A stretch of 62,502 bases of DNA, counting the filler, from Collodictyon triciliatum (taxonomy: Eukaryota): the NCBI GenBank assembly GCA_043381765.1. It is 18 parts of 18 records of this genome, joined end to end, with 100 filler letters (N's around TTAATTAATTAA, not from the genome) between each part and the next. Parts side by side here need not be neighbours in the genome. Positions count along the whole stretch, not along the records: positions 52,207 to 55,572 come from JBHJMP010007422.1; positions 55,673 to 59,037 come from JBHJMP010007423.1; positions 59,138 to 62,502 come from JBHJMP010007424.1; 15 more parts are not named here. One strand, 5' to 3'. Below, piece after piece: positions 54,657-62,502 of the stretch. Position 1 is the first letter of the stretch; every line of letters begins with the position of its first letter. The notes below the pieces were generated by a model. It was not told the origin of the DNA and did not search any database. It worked only from the letters and a program-made list of their open reading frames with translations. The position numbers and the translations under genes were made by a program.

Positions 54657-56613
54657 GGCCACCGTGCAAGCAGACCTGCTGTTTGTGTGCTGGGCCGGCG
54701 TTAATGGGAATCTTACGGTCGTGAGAGGCTGCAGAGTCTGCCGCCCGTGCACTAGGCAGGCTTCCAGCAGAGCCGTGCTGGCTGGAGGAGCACGCGTGTC
54801 TGCTTTATTCCTTCATTTTGTTTTTTTTTTTTCCCCTTTGTCTTTGTGCTTATATTCATGTTTGTGTTTGTTGTTGGCATGTTTGTGTTGGTGCTTGTGT
54901 CTGTGTTTGTTGTTGACAGGGCCTTTGTCCTTGGGCGCCACGCTGGAGTTGTGCCCTGTCAATGCGAAAGTCGCCAAGAATGCTCGCAGGCTGGCTTCTG
55001 TTGCCACACTTGCGTGCCCAGGAGCACAGGTCGATGCGCGTGAGGTCCTTGCATGGCTGGGTGGCTGGGTTCCTACTTTTTTCCTTGGTTTCTCCTGTCG
55101 GAAACCCATTCTGGGTGTGTGTGGTTTCGTCATTCTTTTTGGAAGTGTGCTGCATAGTATGGTATATAATATATGGCATATTGGTGCGTCACGTATGATA
55201 TACCTGATTTGGCAACGTGCTGACCAATAACAACGCACAGACGACACTAGGGTTTCAGTGCACGAGGGTTGCTTGTGTCTTTGCCCATTATTTCCACATG
55301 TGGGATTGCGAAGTGTTGATCAGATTCACTATTTTGAAGCAGTGTGGTGATTGCGGATTCCTCTTTTCGTGTTTGTGTGTGTCGTGAACCGAGGAAAGAA
55401 AAGAGAAGAACTTCGAAGGGGAGGCGAAGGAGCGAGTTTCTGATCGCCGCGATAACCCTTTCCAACTCGTATGTGAACCTGTTTGACTGCACGACTCGTT
55501 AATAGATCCATTTTCCATTTTACTCTTTTCATCTTTTTCTTTTCTTTTCTTTTCTTTTCGTTTGTTATCTTTNNNNNNNNNNNNNNNNNNNNNNNNNNNN
55601 NNNNNNNNNNNNNNNNTTAATTAATTAANNNNNNNNNNNNNNNNNNNNNNNNNNNNNNNNNNNNNNNNNNNNTCCTTTCAATAAACTGATGTAATGAAGC
55701 AAAAAATTATTTAAACCGCCAGAATAAAAAGCATTGTCCTCAACGGTACACATTTTCACAGCCCACGTTGATAAATAATCAAAGAATTCATAGTTAAGTT
55801 GGTTAATTGCGCAGATAATTAAAAAAAAAGAACAGTTTTTAAAATCAACAAAATTGACAAAAAAATAAATGAAAAAGGGTATTATGCGTTAGCTTTTTTA
55901 TGTTTATATATTATTTTACTCTTAACATAAAGGATTTGTTGCGGAGCTGTGTTATAATTTTTTATTCTCAATATATTCAATTTTAAATACAACAAATAAG
56001 TGTTTTAAATAAGAGATGAAAGAAGCAACATATATGTGCCAAGAATTTGTGATGCATAATATGATAATATGCTGTTATTTCCGAAGCAGGCACCCATGAC
56101 AACCTTCCAGGATAATCTTGTGTTGAAATACATTATGAAACTTAAGGAAGTATTATCTAACTTTTGTTTTCACAAACACCATAATACCATATGAGGCTCG
56201 GAATATATGTCTCCAAGCTTCGAATCTTGTTGGATGTTCCAGTCTGATGACGCCTTCATAAATGTCGTACTTTTAGAATATGCCGATAAACTCGAAATCA
56301 GCGCATCGAACCAGGAGCTTATTCTCTTTATTGACACACACAATCAACAAGCAAGTCTATGGAGCCGCTGATTTTGCCTTTGCCTTTCATGATGCAAATA
56401 AACTGAACCATTTTTTGTTTAGCTTTTGCATTATTTAGTTACCAGAGTCTGTCTCATCCAAACACTCTTGGCTATCAAAAGTAACCGAGAGCGTGTGATT
56501 ATATTTTTTTCTTCTGAAATCCTTTTACGTCCGATAATTGTGAAAGGTTTCAAACATTCAGCGCAAAGCTACGTTTGATGGTCTTTATAGCATGCAAACG
56601 CAATGGGTCTATT

Positions 56614-56704
56614 ATCAGACACAGCAATTAAGCCAACACCCCCCCTCGGTCCTGCACAAAAGTTGAAAGGAAGAATAAAAAAAAAAAATCAGACACAGCA
56701 ATTA
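56614..56704 (+). mobile_element. Short poly(A)-tailed insertion, family B, with a perfect 17-bp TSD
   Basis: ATCAGACACAGCAATTA at 56614-56630 and 56688-56704 flanks 57 bp AGCCAACACCCCCCCTCGGTCCTGCACAAAAGTTGAAAGGAAGAAT plus an A tract. Confidence 0.88.
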
Positions 56705-59700
56705 CTTTCGGTCTGTGTAAAAAAAAGGCATTTTATTTGCACATTAATACAGGTACATGCGTAGCTGAGGCTATTGCGAACTGTATGTACACCATCTGCA
56801 GGTTTTCATGTGTGTTATTACTGTTTTCGTTCTGTGGATGAGCACATACGATTCATGGACACTAAACTTGAACTCAAGTGTTGAAAAACCATAAATAGCT
56901 TCAAAATTTGCTGCGTTATGCGTAGAAAATGCAGATATGTAATACAATATTGATGTAGAGTGACCTCTGTGCTTTTTTTTTATTTATGTGAGACTAGAGA
57001 ATTTTTTGTAAGCTGTGTTATGTTTTGAGGCGAATTCTGTGGCATTTAATTCAAACACAATGATTCGCTTGTATTGCCTTATTTTCCCTTTATTTGGTTC
57101 AAGGGAAGGAAGGAGTTTTTTTTTTCAGTCTGACGTAGTTGTATGCGCCTTGGTTGAAAGCAGTGACGCGTGTCGGATTCGGGTGCAGGCCGGCCTGTAT
57201 GGAAACTCAATCTGTGGCTCATCAAATGCATGTATGAAGGCCGAGGATAGTTACAACTCTAAAGAGCTGCAACTAACAGGAGCCCTGACATGGATTCGAC
57301 TCAAGGTCAATTCCCCCTGAAGGTGAATGAACGCAAATTATATTACCTTGTGTTAAAGTAATTATAAGGGCAGATTTAGCATCTTATTGGATAATGCATC
57401 GTGCATTCGAGGTCAGCAGTACAGGGTAAGAGTTGAATATCGAAAAGGCATCTGTGCGATTGCTATGGCCATGTTATTATGAGAACACATCGCCGAGGGG
57501 TAAAATTATCATCACTTACTATTCATTTATGAGATATTACATATTTTGCATTGTTTTGATTAATAGTTCATATCCCAGTCATAAAATTAAAAGCCAACTA
57601 GCCAAGATAAGATTTTTGCGCACGAAGAAAGGACGGAGAAAAGCACTAGCAAGGATTATGGCATCTGTGGATTTTTTTTACTTGGCGTAATTTCTTGTAA
57701 ATATCTGTGCAAATCTAAGCCTTTCGAATAAACAGAATGAGAACATAAAAAAAGGTGACAGAGGTCGAAATCAACGCATGCTTCAGCAAAAGTGTTTGTG
57801 GCATATGTGTCACGTAATACAACAGTTTGCAGTTCCACCGGGTCAAAAACCATTTTTGCTTTGGCTGTATCATGTCAGCCGTCAGCAATTCAAATGTAAG
57901 TCTGGCGTTTGGATGCACAATGTGTACAGAACTAATTCAAATGAATGGAAAAAGGCAGTGAGTATCTTATATAATACGATTAATTCGCGTTTACTGGATA
58001 TATAATCAGGTAAAGACACCGGTGATAAGGTCACATAAAGGTTCATATGTTGTCCGATGCAAGGAAAGAAGCATTCAGAATCACGCCAAAAAAAAATAAG
58101 TGTCTCGTCTGCATTGAGAAAGGGCGATATCTTTACGGGGCATGGCAAAATGCATACTGAATTAAATGACGACAACCGTGCTTCTGTGTAAGTTTATATG
58201 AATTGATTATATGTGTTATGTTTTGCTAGCTTATGCATATTTAATGCACAATTAATGAATAATATATTAATAATAATTATAATTTTATCCACTGTTTATC
58301 ATTATATGTTGTTATTATATGAAAATTTATTATATGTTTTTTTGCATTTTAGGTACTCAAATTTGGAGCTTTAACAAAAAAAAAATAAGAGAAAACTACG
58401 CAATCAAATTAGGGTTCATGTTGAACTGTTTTTTGACCATTTCCCCCTAAACCTGCATTAAAAAGTGCCCATTGTGAAGAAAGTGACTGTATACGCCACA
58501 AAATAGGCGAATCATCTAATCAACAATTATATTGTGCCAATTTAATAATCTGTCTTAAAAATACAAGAGCTTTATTGTTCATAACGCCAGTTGGCGGGAT
58601 GCATAATTTTGTTGAGGTAAAATCAACCAGGTATGCATATCATAATTATTTTTTTACAAATAGGTTATGCGTGACTCTTTTTTTACATATGAAAAATATT
58701 TCATGAATAACAAACATTTAGATCCACACAAACTGCAAATAAACAACAAATGAGCCATATATTCAAAGAAAGATTAGGTAGGCAAGTACAATTATTCAAT
58801 GAAAGGCTAAAAATCTATAAGTAGACGTCTATTTTGTAAATGTCACCGACGTTCAATAAACAAATATCATTAAAATTGTATTATATCATTTGCTTGTCAT
58901 ATGTTTTATGATTTGATATGTACATAATTGGTTAATATTAAATCATATAACTCAACATCTGGAATCCTTGAAGCACTGTGCCTTTGACCCACTCGAAAAG
59001 CCAAAAGACGAGCTAGTCTGTGACATGCACTTAACTTNNNNNNNNNNNNNNNNNNNNNNNNNNNNNNNNNNNNNNNNNNNNTTAATTAATTAANNNNNNN
59101 NNNNNNNNNNNNNNNNNNNNNNNNNNNNNNNNNNNNNAAAAAAAAACAAAAAAAAAAAACAAAAAAAACAAAAAAAAAAAACATATCATGATATGACTTG
59201 CTGCCTTTCTACTTGGCTGTCCTTCCATTTCAGCCTTCCACAAATTCATCCCTCGACACATACACCAGCCTATTTCTTGTTGAGTGCACCGTTTGTAATC
59301 TCTCAAAGACAATATCTTACAAACCAACTACAATACGCACGACTCATATTGCACCAGATTTCACAGCTTTATGTTCGAAACAGAGCAGGTTTCGGAAGTC
59401 AGCCCCGAACTACCAGCTCCTTCGCTTCCTTTCAAGCTACGCCCACCAACCAAGGGAGTAGCAACACCGTTTCCGTTTGTGCCGGTTCGTTCTCTCGCAT
59501 CATCATACCATATTAAGCATGACATCGCGCATAATCCTTCACACCGCCTGGAACAACGCCAACCAGGGCGCGAGTCCATCGCCTTCGCAATTATTTTTGA
59601 AACTACTACACTCCCTCTACTATAGGGGTCTCCCAACCATCAAGTTAAAAAAAAGAATAAAGAAACTGACCAAGCACCAAGACTTTGGTGTGGCAATTTG

Positions 59701-59817
59701 TTTCTTGGAAAAATGGCAGGTTGGTGACTAACCCTGCATATGATACGCACACTTGGTCTTCTCGTTTGTTTTCATGTATTATTTACTGATTGTCGTATTT
59801 ATTTGCGTGTTTATAGA

Positions 59818-60632
59818 CCAAACACAGTTTCACCTCGAGTTGGAAAACGAGGAAAATCTCCCTGTCGCGATGCTTCTTCTGACGCTGAGCGCCTCCTGTC
59901 ACGAAACCGCACCCATGCAACTAAATCAGACACCACCAGCGCAACAAAGCTTTCGCTTCTCATTCGAACCCGAATATTGCTTGCAAACCCCGGATAAGGC
60001 TGACGATATGCTCTCTACCGAGGAAGACTCACGGTTCGATCCCATCATACACATCTTGAAGACCAGCGAGAGATTCCTTCCTTTTTTTCTTCATTCCTTT
60101 CCACCCAATATATTCATGCCTCTGCTTTTCCTGTCCACCCAGATATCAATACGATGACCACATAGTTCAATACACCAACTTAGTCTTTAAGGATTCATGT
60201 CCTTGTAAAAAATAACCCTTTTTTTAAAACATTTTTTTTAGCACAAACGGGTTCTCAGAAGTCCCTCTCAGTGAATCATCGGCCTCTCGGAAGCATCAAC
60301 ATCGTATCAGCAAGAGATGCCATGGTTGCGGTCTCTTCAAGAAGCGCGTCTATCGTTATTTGGGCGCCACATCTTCCTTCTGCAACGCATGCAATCAGCA
60401 TTGGCGCCGTCACTCCCACAACTGCCCCATCTGCCTCAGACTGCAACAGGTTGGCGCATCCGAGGAACTCCGTGGAGTCGAAGTTGGCGGGAAATCTATG
60501 TTTGTTTCCTCCGTCGGGTCGCCTAGCGGACTCTCACATCTAAGCTCGCAGCGGAACAAAATGTCTCCGTCTGGACCGCGCGCCTTGCAAAGGACCCATT
60601 GGCAAATCAATCCACAGGGCCAGTCCTTGTAG
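59818..60632 (+). CDS. Spliced gene with a divergent GATA-type zinc finger
   Basis: An exon at ~59818-60032 joins in phase 2 to 60242-60632, which contains CHGC-x17-CNAC (60318-60392) followed by QHWRRHSHNCPIC. Confidence 0.55.
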
Positions 60633-61724
60633 ATTCGGATTTCGAGAAGAGAGAGTTGTTTCATTTTCATATACTTTTTCATTTTCATTTTGGTTGCCGC
60701 CGATTGTTCTTGAGCAATTCAGGAGGTTGTGGCGGGGCTTGTGATGTTCCACGCCGCAATACTGTTGATGACATTCTGGACAAACGGAGAACTTTCGTCC
60801 TTTTGCACGTAGAGTTACTGTGTTATCTTGCCTCAAAAACATTGTGCCCGGAGCCTCTTCATGCCTCGTATGTTGTAATCCTGAAGTAAGAAACCTCCAC
60901 AACTTGTCTGTTGTGTCTTACTGCATAGGCTCCTAGGAGTACGCCCATCTCTATGCAAGTAACCAGCGACTAAGAAAATTGCAGAGGTTTTTGTGAATGG
61001 ATACGCACAAAAGTTCTACAGAATATGTGGACTCTGAATCGCATTGTCACAAACTCGAGTCAATAAGACCTCCATCCTTTTGGCTATCCTCTTCTCTGTC
61101 TTTGTTTTCAATCACGCCACCATGCATCGTGAATTCCAGAACAATATCGGTGCCCGAACACTTACTTTCTTTTCAAAGATGCTCTCTTCACTTCTCTCGA
61201 CAGTTTTGTTTTATCATCACCTTTACCCCAGTTTTCAATCACTCCCACCACCTTTCCTTTCCTTCTTTCCCACCGCGCATTGTATTCCAACAGGTGAGAC
61301 TTATCATTCATCTGTATGTGAAAGATACCACACTACTCCCACTCCCACTCCTTTCTAAACTCCTGCAGGCGGATTCGTATGTTACAACCAGGATGACGGG
61401 GTTCTCAGACCATCAAAACAACCCTTTCATAAACACCCGAAACCACCAACAAGTGCCCCCCTGGATAACAGAATATTCGGTATAACGAGCGAGACTTTGG
61501 CTACTTGCGCATATGCTCTATACACATGCATGTAGGGTACGCACGCACCGATGATAATACAGAGAAATTGAACAGTGCGCCAACTCGACATGAAATATCA
61601 TTCGTTGGTTTTGATTATAACCACCGATTATGTTGACTCCATTTATTACTATTTTTTGAAGCACCAGATTGGAGCAAGGTGGACAAGAGCTGGAATCAAT
61701 GATGTCTTCCAAACACAGCCTCAA

Positions 61725-62355
61725 TCACTCCCGTAACCAGGCCATAATGCAATCTGTCTCTAAAGAACCAGATGGTGTTGCGATTCTCGAACGGAGGCAA
61801 CCTTCTACAACGAATCCGTGCTTTTTATACAGCTTTTGCGCCACTGTGTTGCTTTCACGACAAAATAGTTCGGCTCTATGGTAATAAGTCAGTATATGAC
61901 AATAGTAGTTCATTTTTATACAACTTCGTGGTCTATTTGTCTATTAATTTGATATAAAATGAATTATTTTTTTCACGACAACAAAACAAAACAAAAAAGA
62001 AACAGTGGCGTATTTATTTAAGTATTAAAATGAACGGATATATTCATACTATAGTTACCTCTTTATATCAGGGAAATCTCTCTTAACTCTGATCATGAAT
62101 TCAGAAAATAAAATAGAGCCCAAACCTTTTCCCTAAATAGTAAATCGAAGATTCTAAATCATCGGATAACTTCTACATATTTCTTTGGAATTAATATATA
62201 TTCAAATCAAAATTATTAGGACATAAAATTTATGGCATTGATACAGACTTGATAGCTTGGATGAACACCCATCGTGATATCACCAATGACCGTAGCAAAA
62301 GCACGAATGTTGAACCTTGCGCTCACAAGAAAACCAGCAATGGTATTTGATGTCT
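61725..62355 (-). CDS. GNAT acetyltransferase of bacterial type, at least 3 exons, 5' truncated
   Basis: GDITMGVHPSYQ|GKGLGSILF...PDIKR|AELFCRESNTVAQKLYKKHGFVVEG...DCIMAWLRE*. Acetyl-CoA motif A QGKGLG and the NxxAxxLYxKxGF motif are present. Confidence 0.85.
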
Positions 62356-62502
62356 CTATGAGAAAATGAACAGTCACTCTCTTGGTGCAAACATCAATTA
62401 CCAAATAATAACAATAACAATAACAATAACAATAATAATAACAATAATAATAACAATAATAATAACAATAATAATAACAATAATAATAACAATAATAATA
62501 AC

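Noticed and set aside
58466-58493. Tc1/mariner-like terminal repeat (reverse complement begins TACAGTCAC)
   Set aside because: No partner inverted repeat or transposase found on this contig.
55673-59037. Protein-coding gene or transposase in this contig
   Set aside because: Only short open segments with scattered splice-like sites and no recognisable motif; a translated search would be needed.

Overview
This is not one continuous locus. It is 18 unlinked contigs of about 3.37-3.39 kb, ordered by decreasing length and joined by artificial 100-bp linkers (N44-TTAATTAATTAA-N44). The source is an AT-rich, intron-rich, microsatellite-rich microbial eukaryote using the standard code; the gene content (cAMP-receptor-like GPCR, soluble cyclase-STAND, TKL-type kinase) suggests an amoebozoan-like protist, which is my inference. 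Spliced genes reconstructed by hand: a divergent Rab2-like GTPase, an atypical eIF4E, an LRR-kinase-SAM protein, NPRL2, a sulfotransferase-like fragment, CEPT/EPT1, NBS1, an LRR/Cys-rich multi-TM receptor with a frameshift, an ADCY10-like cyclase, an RRM protein, a long-chain acyl-CoA synthetase, peptide deformylase, a CAR-like GPCR, a GATA-like finger protein and a bacterial-type GNAT. Single-ORF calls: an HMG-box factor, an NHL-repeat protein, a Survivin/Bir1-type helix and a Q-rich exon. Most notable: (1) a decayed Fanzor1-type RNA-guided nuclease remnant (44697-45172, minus), absent from the ORF track, followed by a multi-hairpin putative omega-RNA; (2) at least two families of very short poly(A)-tailed insertions (27-57 bp) with 12-19-bp target-site duplications, spread across unrelated contigs; (3) an eIF4E with a ~450-aa disordered N-terminus that lacks key cap-binding residues. 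All family calls come from motif recognition by eye; no database searches were run.
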